Assembly (NCBI GenBank): GCA_040880205.1
Contig: JBBDIU010000142.1
Span: 2,884-66,883 of the forward strand
DNA length: 64,000 nt
Direction of reading: 5' to 3'
Origin: Cellvibrionaceae bacterium
GTDB lineage: Bacteria > Pseudomonadota > Gammaproteobacteria > Pseudomonadales > Cellvibrionaceae
The translations under genes were made by a program, and so were the position numbers. The notes beneath the pieces are model-generated. The model searched no databases. It had not been told where the DNA came from and was given only the letters and a program-made list of their open reading frames with translations. The first letter of the stretch is position 1; each line of letters starts with the position of its first letter. This document shows positions 29,791 to 39,233 of this stretch, one piece after another.

Positions 29791-30602
29791 CTGTCAGCCA
29801 GCTGCCCGAGTATATCCAAGGCGCGAAGCTCTAGATTTAGTTGTTCCGCCAGATTGTGTGCCGTGTCGGACTGGTGCGCATGTTCGATGAACAAGCAGCG
29901 CGCTCGTTCTTCGCCGCTACGTTCGCGGAGCTTCTTTTCCAGTTGATACAAATGCCGCACGCCTGGAGGTTGTTCCGGGCCCGCAGAGATCCAACCCAAC
30001 TGGTTCAGTCGATAGGCGCGAACAAAATAGTCATAACCTTGATGTTCAACTACGAAGCCCCGTTCTCTGACCGAGGCCAGCATTCTCTCCAGCTCCTCGT
30101 TCAATTGCTCGTAATCGGCCAGCACAGCGGCCAGCCGCTGTTCCAGTAGGCTATGCGCGGCCGGGTATAGCTGCAGCAAACGGCGGGTTATCGCGCGTGC
30201 CATGGTTTGCGCCAGATCCGGATCCAGCCATTGGTGCAAATCCCCGGAGGCGGAGGATCCCAACGTAAGTACCTGCTCCGGGGGGAGACCGGCCAGGGGT
30301 TTTTCCAGAAAGCGCTCCAGCTCGGGGCCCATCCAAATTATCAAATCCGCATTATGCAGTCGGCGAATGTCGGATGCGCGCAGCGCGTAATCATGCGGCG
30401 AGGCGGCACCGCGGATCAGGACCTGGACTTCTCCCAATTCACCCAACAGATCCTCTGCAATCAGTGCCAGGGGCTTAATGCTCGCCACGACGCGCATATC
30501 GTTCTCTGGCAAGGAAGCGGTTTGGGCGTGCGAATCTTGAAGTATGCAAGCGCTCACTAGCAATGCGCACGCTAGAGCCCGGAGGCAGGGAAAGGCAGTC
30601 AT
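29736..30602 (-). CDS. znuA: Zinc ABC transporter substrate-binding protein
   Basis: VVASIKPL, ASPHDY, WMGPELE, DLHQWLDP, HQGYDYF; divergent from zur. Confidence 0.92.
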   Translation of the reverse strand: MTAFPCLRALACALLVSACILQDSHAQTASLPENDMRVVASIKPLALIAEDLLGELGEVQVLIRGAASPHDYALRASDIRRLHNADLIIWMGPELERFLEKPLAGLPPEQVLTLGSSASGDLHQWLDPDLAQTMARAITRRLLQLYPAAHSLLEQRLAAVLADYEQLNEELERMLASVRERGFVVEHQGYDYFVRAYRLNQLGWISAGPEQPPGVRHLYQLEKKLRERSGEERARCLFIEHAHQSDTAHNLAEQLNLELRALDILGQLADSYAELMRNLAEDVVDCLA

Positions 30603-30623
30603 GGAGGTGAATCCTGATGGGCG

Positions 30624-30640
30624 ATGTTATATAATAACAT
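30624..30640. promoter_or_regulatory. Zur box
   Basis: Palindrome ATGTTAT-ATA-ATAACAT between znuA and zur. Confidence 0.9.
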
Positions 30641-30662
30641 AACGTTTACCCTCGATGCGCAC

Positions 30663-31145
30663 ATGACTCCTCTCGCGTACCAACGCCACAACCACCAGCG
30701 CTGTATCGACACGGCCCTAGCTTCCGCTCGCGCGCTCTGCATCGAGCGGGGTGTGCGATTAACCCTCCAGCGGGAGCAGGTTCTCAGGCTTGTCTGGCAA
30801 AGCCACAAACCGCTCGGGGCTTACCCGCTGATGGAAATGCTATCCAGCGCCACCACCAAACCCGTGGCACCACCCACGGTGTATCGAGCGCTGGAGTTTC
30901 TCAGCGAACAAGCCTTGATTCATAAAATCCATTCCCTGAACGCCTTTGTCGGCTGCTCGGAACCGGGCAGCCATCACCAAAGTCGTTTTTTGATCTGCCG
31001 CCACTGCGAGGTGGCGGTGGAATGTGGCAGCGGAGAACTCGACGCGGCCCTGGCGAAAACCGCGGCGGTCGCCGGGTTTACGGCGGAGGAACAGTCTGTG
31101 GAAATTGTCGGGCTCTGTCCCACCTGCAAGGATTGCGCGAAGTGA
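30663..31145 (+). CDS. zur: Zinc uptake regulator
   Basis: HNHQRC, PPTVYRALEFL, FLICRHC, GLCPTC; ATG at 30663. Confidence 0.94.
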   Translation: MTPLAYQRHNHQRCIDTALASARALCIERGVRLTLQREQVLRLVWQSHKPLGAYPLMEMLSSATTKPVAPPTVYRALEFLSEQALIHKIHSLNAFVGCSEPGSHHQSRFLICRHCEVAVECGSGELDAALAKTAAVAGFTAEEQSVEIVGLCPTCKDCAK

Positions 31146-31147
31146 CA

Positions 31148-31894
31148 ATGCCTCTGATGACAATGCCCCTGATAGCCGCGGAGCATATTTACCTGCGGCG
31201 CGGCGGTCGCATTTTACTGGAAGACGCCAGTTTATCCATAAGCGCCGGCGAAGCAGTGACCCTAATCGGCCCTAATGGCGCCGGGAAAACCACCCTGATT
31301 CGGGTCATCCTGGGACTGCTGAAGCCTGATCGCGGCACGGTGCGGCGACCGAATGATCTGCGCATCGGCTACATGCCCCAGCGAATCGCCATCGACCCCA
31401 GCCTGCCTCTGACGGTGGAACGGTTCCTTTCTTTGCTGGGAAAAGACGCCTCGCAACTGCAACGCTGTTTGGATTGGACCGGAACAGCTCATTTGCGGCA
31501 TCAAGCGGTTCAGGCCTTGTCCGGTGGGGAGCTCCAGCGCGTGTTATTGGCCAGGGCGCTTTACTGCAACCCCCAAGTGCTGGTGCTCGATGAACCGGTA
31601 CAGGGTGTCGATGTGTCGGGACAGGCAACTCTTTACCAATTGATTCACCAGATCAAGGAAGAAACGGGCTGCGGAATTCTAATGGTCTCCCACGATTTAC
31701 ACCTGGTGATGGCGGCGACCAATCGCGTGGTTTGCTTGAATCGGCATGTGTGTTGCGAGGGCAGCCCCGACAGCGTCAGCAATAATCCGGAATTCTTGCA
31801 GCTTTTCGGGGAAGTCAAAGCGGCCGGTGTCGCAGTTTACACGCACCATCACGATCACTCGCACGACACCTCGACACCGCCGGTGACAAAATGA
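31148..31894 (+). CDS. znuC: Zinc ABC transporter ATPase
   Basis: GPNGAGKTT, LSGGE, LVLDEP, VCLNRHVCCEG, His-rich tail. Confidence 0.95.
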   Translation: MPLMTMPLIAAEHIYLRRGGRILLEDASLSISAGEAVTLIGPNGAGKTTLIRVILGLLKPDRGTVRRPNDLRIGYMPQRIAIDPSLPLTVERFLSLLGKDASQLQRCLDWTGTAHLRHQAVQALSGGELQRVLLARALYCNPQVLVLDEPVQGVDVSGQATLYQLIHQIKEETGCGILMVSHDLHLVMAATNRVVCLNRHVCCEGSPDSVSNNPEFLQLFGEVKAAGVAVYTHHHDHSHDTSTPPVTK

Positions 31895-32682
31895 CGCTGT
31901 TGCCGGAATTTTTGTTGAACGCGATTCTCGCCGGGCTGGGGGTGGCCATGGTAGCCGGACCCCTGGGTTCTTTTGTGGTGTGGCGGCGGATGGCCTACTT
32001 GGGGGATACCTTGGCCCACTCCGCGCTGTTGGGCGTGGCCCTGGGGTTGGCATTATCCATCAACGTGAACGTTGCCGTTGTCATAATCTGTGCGAGTCTG
32101 GCGGTTTTCTTTGTCATGCTCCAGTACAACCAGACCCTGGCAACCGATACATTGCTGGGCATTCTCGCCCATTCGAGCCTGGCCTTGGGGCTGGTGGCTG
32201 TTTCGGTACTGAGCACCGATCGCGTCGATTTATACAGCTATCTGTTTGGCGATTTGCTGGCGGTATCGAATAGCGATGTCGTTACCATTTTCGCGGTAGG
32301 CGGCATAGTGCTGCTATTGTTGGCCGTGTACTGGCAACGTCTGCTGACCGTGACCGTGCATGAAGAACTCGCCCATGTAGACGGCGTCAATGTGGGATTT
32401 GTGCGAACCGTGTTGATGCTGATCATGGCGCTGGTGATTGCCATCGCCATGAAGGCGGTCGGCGTTTTACTGATTACCGCGTTGTTGATAATCCCGGCAG
32501 CGGCCAGCCGCCGATTGGCGCGAACGCCGGAACAGATGGCGGTTTTTGCAAGCGTTGTTGCCAGCATTGCAGTCGTTGGTGGATTGGCGCTGTCGTTTTA
32601 CTGGGACACACCGGCGGGTCCTTCCGTGGTGTTGGTAGCCAGCGGCTTGTTTCTGCTCTCCCTGCTGAAGCACCCCCACTGA
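31891..32682 (+). CDS. znuB: Zinc ABC transporter permease
   Basis: VVWRRMAYLGDTLAH, YLFGDLL. Confidence 0.96.
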   Translation: MTLLPEFLLNAILAGLGVAMVAGPLGSFVVWRRMAYLGDTLAHSALLGVALGLALSINVNVAVVIICASLAVFFVMLQYNQTLATDTLLGILAHSSLALGLVAVSVLSTDRVDLYSYLFGDLLAVSNSDVVTIFAVGGIVLLLLAVYWQRLLTVTVHEELAHVDGVNVGFVRTVLMLIMALVIAIAMKAVGVLLITALLIIPAAASRRLARTPEQMAVFASVVASIAVVGGLALSFYWDTPAGPSVVLVASGLFLLSLLKHPH

Positions 32683-32716
32683 ACCGTTCGATAGTGTAAC
32701 GAGCGATCACCCCAAC

Positions 32717-33358
32717 CTAATTGCTTAACACAATGGATTGGTAGGTCGCCTTCAAGCGCGCCAGAGTGTAGGGTGGGTTGAAGTAGCCGTGGTATTGGCC
32801 CTGTGGATTTATCAGCACGATGTTTTCTCCATGGGCGACCTGGTAGTGCTCATCGGCATTGGGTGGCTTCTGGAAAGGGATATAAAGCTGGTTGGCCAGC
32901 AATTTGATTTGCAGAAACTCACCCGACAATCCGATAAAGTTGCTATTGAAATTCGGCACGTAATCCGCGAGCGCTTCCGGCGTATCCCGCGAGGGATCCA
33001 CCGTTACCATCACCACTTGCGTTTGCTCGCGAATCTTTTCTTCCAGTTGTCCATAAGTGGAATCCAAGATAGCCAGGGTGGCGGGGCAGAAGCCGTGGCA
33101 ATGGGCGAAGCCAAAAAATAACAATGTCCATTGACCTTCGAAATCGGCCTTGGAAAAAGTTTCACCTGTGTGCGCAATCAGCTCGAAGTCATCAATTGGC
33201 CGGGGCTGTTCAAATGTCACGGCCCCGTTGTTAACCAACTCCTTCACCGACATGATGCGCGGCGATGTCATGGTGTACACAAAGGCAGTAAGCACCACGG
33301 CAATGAGTGCAAGCACAATAAGAACGGTTTTTAAAATGCCGCGCTTGGTTTTATCCAT
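32717..33358 (-). CDS. SCO1/SenC copper chaperone
   Basis: ATG at 33358; N-terminal TM; FFGFAHCHGFCP, TVDPSRDT, YQVAH. Confidence 0.92.
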   Translation of the reverse strand: MDKTKRGILKTVLIVLALIAVVLTAFVYTMTSPRIMSVKELVNNGAVTFEQPRPIDDFELIAHTGETFSKADFEGQWTLLFFGFAHCHGFCPATLAILDSTYGQLEEKIREQTQVVMVTVDPSRDTPEALADYVPNFNSNFIGLSGEFLQIKLLANQLYIPFQKPPNADEHYQVAHGENIVLINPQGQYHGYFNPPYTLARLKATYQSIVLSN

Positions 33359-33375
33359 AATCGTCACTGAGGGTT

Positions 33376-34290
33376 TTAGGAAATGGGCAGGGATTGGGCC
33401 GGCAGCAGGTAGTGATCCAGCAGCATCACCACAAACAGGGCCATCAGATAAACAATAGAGTACTTGAATGTGTCCATGCCAGCGCCGGGACGTTCGGTCA
33501 ACAGCATTACCAATGACCAGTAAATAAAACCCAGGCCCAGGACCACGGCGCCCAGCAGATACAACCAGTTCAACATGCCGGTTGCATAGGGTAGCAGGGT
33601 GACGGCGAACATGATCAAGGTGTAGAGAAAAATGTGAATCTTGGTATAGCGTACCCCGTGAGTCACCGGCAGCATCGGGATGTCCGCCTTGGCGTATTCC
33701 GCTTTGCGATGTACCGCCAGGGCCCAAAAGTGGGGCGGCGTCCAGGCAAAAATAATCAGCACCAGCAATAGCGAATGGCCGCTGATTTCCCCGGTGACCG
33801 CCGTCCAACCCAGCAACGGGGGCGCCGCGCCGGCCAGACCGCCGATAACAATGTTTTGCGGCGTGGCCCGCTTCAGGTACATGGTATAGATAAAGGCATA
33901 TCCCACCAGTGAAGCCAGGGTTAGCCAAGCGGTCAGCGCATTGATAAATACCAGCAATATGGTCATGCCCAGCAAACCGGTGATTAGCGCGAAGACTATG
34001 GCCTGAACCGGTTCAATGCGGCCCTTGGCCAGGGGACGGTTGTGGGTGCGCGCCATTTGCTGGTCCACGTGGCGATCCACCAGATGATTGATCGTGGCCG
34101 CGGAGCCGGCACAGAGCGCGATGCCCAGATTGCCCAGCACCAATACATCCAAGGGCACCATGCCCGGTACCGCCAACAGCATGCCTATCACGGAAGTCAG
34201 GATCATCAGTGCAACCACCGTTGGTTTGCACATTTCCAGATAGTCCCGCCAACTGGCGCGGGTGAGCATGGCTAATTCGTGTTTGGTCAT
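33376..34290 (-). CDS. cyoE: Protoheme IX farnesyltransferase (haem O synthase)
   Basis: [37 protein letters not shown]. Confidence 0.97.
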   Translation of the reverse strand: MTKHELAMLTRASWRDYLEMCKPTVVALMILTSVIGMLLAVPGMVPLDVLVLGNLGIALCAGSAATINHLVDRHVDQQMARTHNRPLAKGRIEPVQAIVFALITGLLGMTILLVFINALTAWLTLASLVGYAFIYTMYLKRATPQNIVIGGLAGAAPPLLGWTAVTGEISGHSLLLVLIIFAWTPPHFWALAVHRKAEYAKADIPMLPVTHGVRYTKIHIFLYTLIMFAVTLLPYATGMLNWLYLLGAVVLGLGFIYWSLVMLLTERPGAGMDTFKYSIVYLMALFVVMLLDHYLLPAQSLPIS

Positions 34291-34321
34291 ATGGCGCGGG
34301 TTTCCCGGCTTGGTTTGAAGC

Positions 34322-34933
34322 CTAGTTTGACGTCTTGATCAAAAATTCCAAGTCATCCAGCAGTTGATTGCCATGGTGATCTTCATTGTAGGCCATGACC
34401 AGAGCGCCGTAGCGATGCAATAAATAATATTCCGCGCCGTCAAACCCGGCAGACAACTCCGGTTGATCACCCAGCGCTGCCCGCCACTCACGGTAGTCAC
34501 CCTCGAGGTAAGTCAGGTTAGGGTGCTCGGCGGCAAGGAACTGCCTGAAAGCGTCGTCATCCGCCTCGCCCAATTGTACGTACAGCCGCTCTACCTGATC
34601 TTTTTTGTCGGACAAGCGAATGTGCACCTGCCTGGTGACATACAGCGAATCCAGGCAGAGTTCCTCGCATGTGCCCAACACGGGGATTACCAGCCGAAAC
34701 TTGGGTGCCTGCTCGGCAAGATCCCAGCGCTCCATGTTTTCGCTGCGAAAAGTAAAGTCGCTCAGCTCGATCGGGGCCGCCACCAAAATGCCCTGGTTGA
34801 TGGTGCCGGAAGGAATGCCAATCCCGGTGTAATACATGATATAGGGCACAATGGTCGTCAGCGCCGCAATCGCGATTATCCACAAAAGCTGCTTGTTTTT
34901 TCTACCACCCGATGAAGCTACCTGTTGCGTCAC
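34322..34933 (-). CDS. Cytochrome oxidase cluster membrane-anchored protein
   Basis: N-terminal TM; [26 protein letters not shown]; conserved position after SURF1. Confidence 0.8.
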   Translation of the reverse strand: MTQQVASSGGRKNKQLLWIIAIAALTTIVPYIMYYTGIGIPSGTINQGILVAAPIELSDFTFRSENMERWDLAEQAPKFRLVIPVLGTCEELCLDSLYVTRQVHIRLSDKKDQVERLYVQLGEADDDAFRQFLAAEHPNLTYLEGDYREWRAALGDQPELSAGFDGAEYYLLHRYGALVMAYNEDHHGNQLLDDLEFLIKTSN

Positions 34934-34959
34934 GCTATGTCCACCACTCGCTGTTCAAA

Positions 34960-35703
34960 TTAATTACCTCCGTGCCCGCGGCGAACCGCGTTAAGCCATT
35001 GCCACAGATTGGTATTGGCGAACACAAACCAAAGGGCCAGGCCCAACGCCAGTGCAAACCATTGCACGGCGTAGGCGACATGCTTTTGCGGCTGGGTGTT
35101 GACTGGCTGCCAGCCAACTTGCAGGGCGCCGGCCGAGCCCTGGCGCAAGCGGATTACCTGGGGGAAAAGCGCTCGATCCAACAGGGCCGCGAATTTGTCG
35201 ATTTCGACAGCCTGGACCACTAGTGGCCATTCAACCGTCTGGAAGGTCTGTTCGGCAAGCAAAAACGGTTCATCTGGTGGTATGTAGACGGTCCCGCTTA
35301 TCTCAACTCGCGCTTCAATCGGCGGAATTACCGGCAAGTCCTGCCGAATGGGGCTGGCCTTGATCCAACCACGGTTAACCAAAACCCATCGGCCATCGCC
35401 GGTTAACAGAGGCGTCAAAACTTCATAGCCAGGCCGTCCCTCACGGGTGCGATTGTCCAGCAGAAAACTGTGGCGGTTATCGAATCGACCCGCCAGCCGA
35501 ATCGGCAGGAAGGCCTGATCGGACACATTGTCCAGCTCGCCGAGTGTCAGCGGCGAGAGCTGCTGGCGAGCCATGTAACGGGTCTCAATGGCCCGTTTCT
35601 CTTCCGCCCGCTGTAATTGCCAGACGCCCAAGCTCAACAAGATGGGCAACAGCAGAACTGCCAGCGCGGTTACCCGGCGATTAAGACTTAGCGCGAGCTT
35701 CAT
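34960..35703 (-). CDS. SURF1 family protein
   Basis: LGVWQLQRA, LDNR, VNRGW, HVAYAVQWF. Confidence 0.95.
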   Translation of the reverse strand: MKLALSLNRRVTALAVLLLPILLSLGVWQLQRAEEKRAIETRYMARQQLSPLTLGELDNVSDQAFLPIRLAGRFDNRHSFLLDNRTREGRPGYEVLTPLLTGDGRWVLVNRGWIKASPIRQDLPVIPPIEARVEISGTVYIPPDEPFLLAEQTFQTVEWPLVVQAVEIDKFAALLDRALFPQVIRLRQGSAGALQVGWQPVNTQPQKHVAYAVQWFALALGLALWFVFANTNLWQWLNAVRRGHGGN

Positions 35704-35783
35704 CGTTCAGTGCCCTGACGGTCGTTTCCGGCTGCGCTGTAGGTTAGAATGCGATCAATTCCAATTTTAACCTGGATTCCGGC

Positions 35784-36005
35784 ATGTGGCTTAAGATCAT
35801 CATCGTAGTGCTATTTGTTGCTGTACTGGTCAGTTTGAGTAGCGGGCTGGTATTTCTACTCAAGGACATGGGTAGCCCTTCAAGGCGAACCCTCTACGCC
35901 CTGGGTATTCGCATTACGCTGGCCGCGCTGTTACTGTTCAGCATCTGGTACGGATTTTACACCGGCATTCTGACTAATACCGCACCCTGGGCTGGCCGTT
36001 ACTGA
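35784..36005 (+). CDS. DUF2909 twin-TM small protein
   Basis: Two TM helices, SLSSGLVFLLKD...ALGIRI; opposite strand between coxC and SURF1. Confidence 0.88.
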   Translation: MWLKIIIVVLFVAVLVSLSSGLVFLLKDMGSPSRRTLYALGIRITLAALLLFSIWYGFYTGILTNTAPWAGRY

Positions 36006-36008
36006 GCG

Positions 36009-36040
36009 ATAAAAAAGCAGGCTAAAGCCTGCTTTTTTAT
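36009..36040. terminator. Bidirectional terminator
   Basis: ATAAAAAAGCAGGCT-AA-AGCCTGCTTTTTTAT between convergent genes. Confidence 0.93.
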
Positions 36041-36066
36041 TCGAACTCACTCACCGTTTCGACCCG

Positions 36067-36969
36067 TTACGAACCCAGGATGTAAACAAAAATAAACAGG
36101 CCGACCCAAACCACGTCCACGAAGTGCCAGTACCAACTGGCCGCTTCAAAGCCGAAGGCATCATCGTGTTTAAAATGGCCCTTCAGGACCGAGCGCAGCC
36201 ACATGATAAACAACATTAAGGTGCCGAGAGTTACATGGGCGCCGTGAAAACCGGTCAACATAAAGAAGGTCGTGCCGTACACGCCGGAGTCCAGAGTCAA
36301 GCCAAGGTCTTGATAAGCGTGAATGTATTCTTCCACCTGCAATACAACGAAGATCGCGCCCAGTATCCAGGTTGCGCCCAGCAAAATGTTGAACCACCGA
36401 CGGTTGGCGTTCTTTAGCGAGGTGTGGGCAAAGTGCACAGTGACACTGGACGTCAGCAGTATAACGGTGTTGATAAATGGTAGGCCCTGCCAGCCCATGG
36501 GCTCCCGGGCGCCAATAAAACGGGTGGCCTCCGCGCCGGATCGCGCCTGTTCAGGCGTGGTCAGCAGCGGCCATTCATTCTCAAAGCCCTGCCACAGCAA
36601 TTGGTTGGTCATGGCGCTGTCCCCTTCGCCGGCCAGCCAGGGAACTGATAGCGCGCGCAGATAGTAGAGCGCACCAAAAAAAACCGCGAAGAACATGACT
36701 TCGGAAAATATAAACCAACCCATTCCCCACACGTAGGAGCGCTTGAGCTGCGCGCTGTTCATGCCCGCCATGTTTTCTTTGATAACGGTGCTGAACCAGG
36801 TCCACAAGACGGCAGCCATGACGAGGGCGCCGGAAAAAAACAGGGTCATGCCCACATCGTTGCCGTTGATCCAGTTAGCCGCCCCAAATACGGTTAAAAA
36901 CAAGCCCAAGCTGGCAAACAGCGGAAGCTTGCTATGGTCGGGGACGTAGTAACTACCTTGAGTCGCCAT
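36067..36969 (-). CDS. coxC: Cytochrome c oxidase subunit III
   Basis: WFIFSEVMFF, TGFHGAHV, WYWHFVDVVW. Confidence 0.97.
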   Translation of the reverse strand: MATQGSYYVPDHSKLPLFASLGLFLTVFGAANWINGNDVGMTLFFSGALVMAAVLWTWFSTVIKENMAGMNSAQLKRSYVWGMGWFIFSEVMFFAVFFGALYYLRALSVPWLAGEGDSAMTNQLLWQGFENEWPLLTTPEQARSGAEATRFIGAREPMGWQGLPFINTVILLTSSVTVHFAHTSLKNANRRWFNILLGATWILGAIFVVLQVEEYIHAYQDLGLTLDSGVYGTTFFMLTGFHGAHVTLGTLMLFIMWLRSVLKGHFKHDDAFGFEAASWYWHFVDVVWVGLFIFVYILGS

Positions 36970-37044
36970 TCTGTGCTTTCTCCACGTTGTGCAACCGGCG
37001 ACCTTCGCCGCCTCAATGAAACAAACCCGTAATTCGTAAGCGGA

Positions 37045-37599
37045 TTAACGCTGACTAAGCTTTTGCTGGCTTACCGTCTCCGTAATATCGAAAATGGTAT
37101 AGGAGGCTGTAATATTCGTGACGTTTTTCGGCAAGTCCGGATCCAGATAGAACTGCAAGCCCATATCCACACTTTCACCAGGTGCCAAGGGCTGATTTTC
37201 AAAACAAAAACATTCAACCTTGTGAAAATACTCGGCCGATGAGCTGGGCACGAAGCTTGGAATAGCGCGCGAGATCATGGCTTCATCGGTCGTGTTTCTG
37301 GCAAAAAAACTGGTATTCACCACTTGGCCCGGATGGACTTCCAGAATGGCATCGTTGGGCCTGAACTCCCAGGGCATTTCCCGATTGTTGGTCGCCATGA
37401 AGGTCACGCGGATTACACGGCTCTCATCGACCACCGAGTCCTTCCGCTCGACCGCCACCAAGGCTCCACGCCCGTCGATCCCGAGGATATCGCAAAACAC
37501 ATAATAAAGCGGCGGCATGACGTACACGGCAAAAGCAAACATTCCCACCGCAACTACGACCAATTTTGCCGCCGTTTTACCCACATGTGCCTGTGCCAT
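37045..37599 (-). CDS. ctaG: Cytochrome c oxidase assembly protein CtaG/Cox11
   Basis: PLYYVFC, KVECFCF. Confidence 0.95.
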   Translation of the reverse strand: MAQAHVGKTAAKLVVVAVGMFAFAVYVMPPLYYVFCDILGIDGRGALVAVERKDSVVDESRVIRVTFMATNNREMPWEFRPNDAILEVHPGQVVNTSFFARNTTDEAMISRAIPSFVPSSSAEYFHKVECFCFENQPLAPGESVDMGLQFYLDPDLPKNVTNITASYTIFDITETVSQQKLSQR

Positions 37600-37668
37600 C
37601 GACCTCTACCTCCTACCCACACTCTCCCTAATCCACTTTACTTTGATTAGCGACTAGGGACTGTTCTG

Positions 37669-39222
37669 TCATTTAACCTGTGGCGGTGTACTAAAGGTGT
37701 GGTAAGGCGCCGGCGACGGCACTGTCCACTCCAACCCTTCGGCGCCGTCCCAGACTTTGTCTTTGTCGGCTTTCTTGCCGCCAACAATGGTGCTGATGAC
37801 GTTAAACAGCAACAGAAGTTGCGCCATACCGAACATAAATGCGCCGATGCTGGACAGCATATTAAAGTCGGCAAACTGCACCGCGTAATCGGGGACCCGC
37901 CGTTGCATACCCGCCAGGCCGACAAAATGCTGAGGGAAAAATGCCAGGTTAAAGCCGACGAAGGCTATCCAGAATTGGGTCTTGCCCAGCATTTCGTTGT
38001 ACATGTTCCCAGTCCACTTGGGCAGCCAGTAGTAAATACCTGCGGTCAGACTGAAAATAGCGCCGGCTACCATGGTGTAGTGGAAATGCGCAACAACAAA
38101 ATAGCTGTCGTGGTATTGAATATCAGCCGAGGCAATGCCCAGCATCAGACCCGTAAAGCCGCCCATCACAAACAAAACCACGAACGCAATGGCGAATAAC
38201 ATGGGGGTTTCAAATGTTAGCGAGCCTCGCCACATGGTGGTAATCCAGTTAAACACCTTAACTCCCGTGGGAACCGCGATCAGCATGGTGGCGTACATGA
38301 AGTAAAGTTCGCCGGCGATGGGCATACCCACTGTGAACATGTGGTGCGCCCACACGATAAAGCTGAGGAAGGCGATACTGGCCGTGGCATACACCATGGA
38401 CGAATAACCAAACAGGGGCTTGCGGGAAAACGCCGGAATCACCTGGGAAACCACCCCAAAACCCGGAAGAATAATAATGTATACCTCGGGATGGCCGAAG
38501 AACCAGAACACGTGCTGGAAGAGCACCGGATCGCCGCCACCCGCCGCATCGAAGAAGGAAGTGCCGAAATGGATGTCCATCAGCATCATGGTAACCGCGC
38601 CCGCCAGCACCGGCATCACCGACACCAGCAGGTAGGCGGTGATCAGCCAGGTCCAGACAAACAAGGGCATTTTCGTCAGGGTCATGCCGGGGGCGCGCAA
38701 ATTGAGCACCGTGGCAATAATGTTAATGGAACCCATAATGGACGAAGCGCCCATGATGTGAATGGCAAATATAAAGAAAGTCACCGACGGCGGCGCGTAG
38801 GTAGTGGACAAGGGGGCGTAAAAAGTCCAACCAAAATTTGGGCCGCCACCTTCCATGAACATGGTGGACGCCAGCATCAAAAAGGCAAACGGGAGGATCC
38901 AGAAACTCCAGTTGTTCATGCGCGGAAGGGCCATGTCTGGAGCGCCGATCATCATCGGGATCATCCAGTTCGCCAAGCCGACGAAGGCGGGCATAATGGC
39001 ACCGAACACCATCACCAGGCCGTGCATGGTGGTCATCTGATTGAAAAACTCGGGGTCGACAATTTGCAGGCCGGGCTGAAATAGCTCCGCGCGAATAATC
39101 ATCGCGAAGGCGCCGCCCAACAGAAACATAGCCATGCTGAACCACAAGTACAGCGTGCCTATGTCTTTGTGGTTAGTCGTAAACAACCAACGACCAATGC
39201 CTTTTGCAGGACCGTGTGCCAC
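37669..39222 (-). CDS. coxA: Cytochrome c oxidase subunit I (A1 type)
   Basis: TNHKDIG, GHPEVY, WAHH, VVAHFH; GTG start. Confidence 0.98.
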   Translation of the reverse strand: MAHGPAKGIGRWLFTTNHKDIGTLYLWFSMAMFLLGGAFAMIIRAELFQPGLQIVDPEFFNQMTTMHGLVMVFGAIMPAFVGLANWMIPMMIGAPDMALPRMNNWSFWILPFAFLMLASTMFMEGGGPNFGWTFYAPLSTTYAPPSVTFFIFAIHIMGASSIMGSINIIATVLNLRAPGMTLTKMPLFVWTWLITAYLLVSVMPVLAGAVTMMLMDIHFGTSFFDAAGGGDPVLFQHVFWFFGHPEVYIIILPGFGVVSQVIPAFSRKPLFGYSSMVYATASIAFLSFIVWAHHMFTVGMPIAGELYFMYATMLIAVPTGVKVFNWITTMWRGSLTFETPMLFAIAFVVLFVMGGFTGLMLGIASADIQYHDSYFVVAHFHYTMVAGAIFSLTAGIYYWLPKWTGNMYNEMLGKTQFWIAFVGFNLAFFPQHFVGLAGMQRRVPDYAVQFADFNMLSSIGAFMFGMAQLLLLFNVISTIVGGKKADKDKVWDGAEGLEWTVPSPAPYHTFSTPPQVK

Positions 39223-39233
39223 TGTTTACTCTC

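Noticed and set aside
33359-33928. N-terminal extension of the SCO ORF (also extended starts for tsaC, dsbA, polA, znuC, trkH, zur)
   Set aside because: They overlap neighbouring genes or regulatory sites; downstream starts fit family lengths better.
34876-34884. DnaA box TTATCCACA
   Set aside because: Isolated and inside a CDS; no oriC-like cluster in the window.
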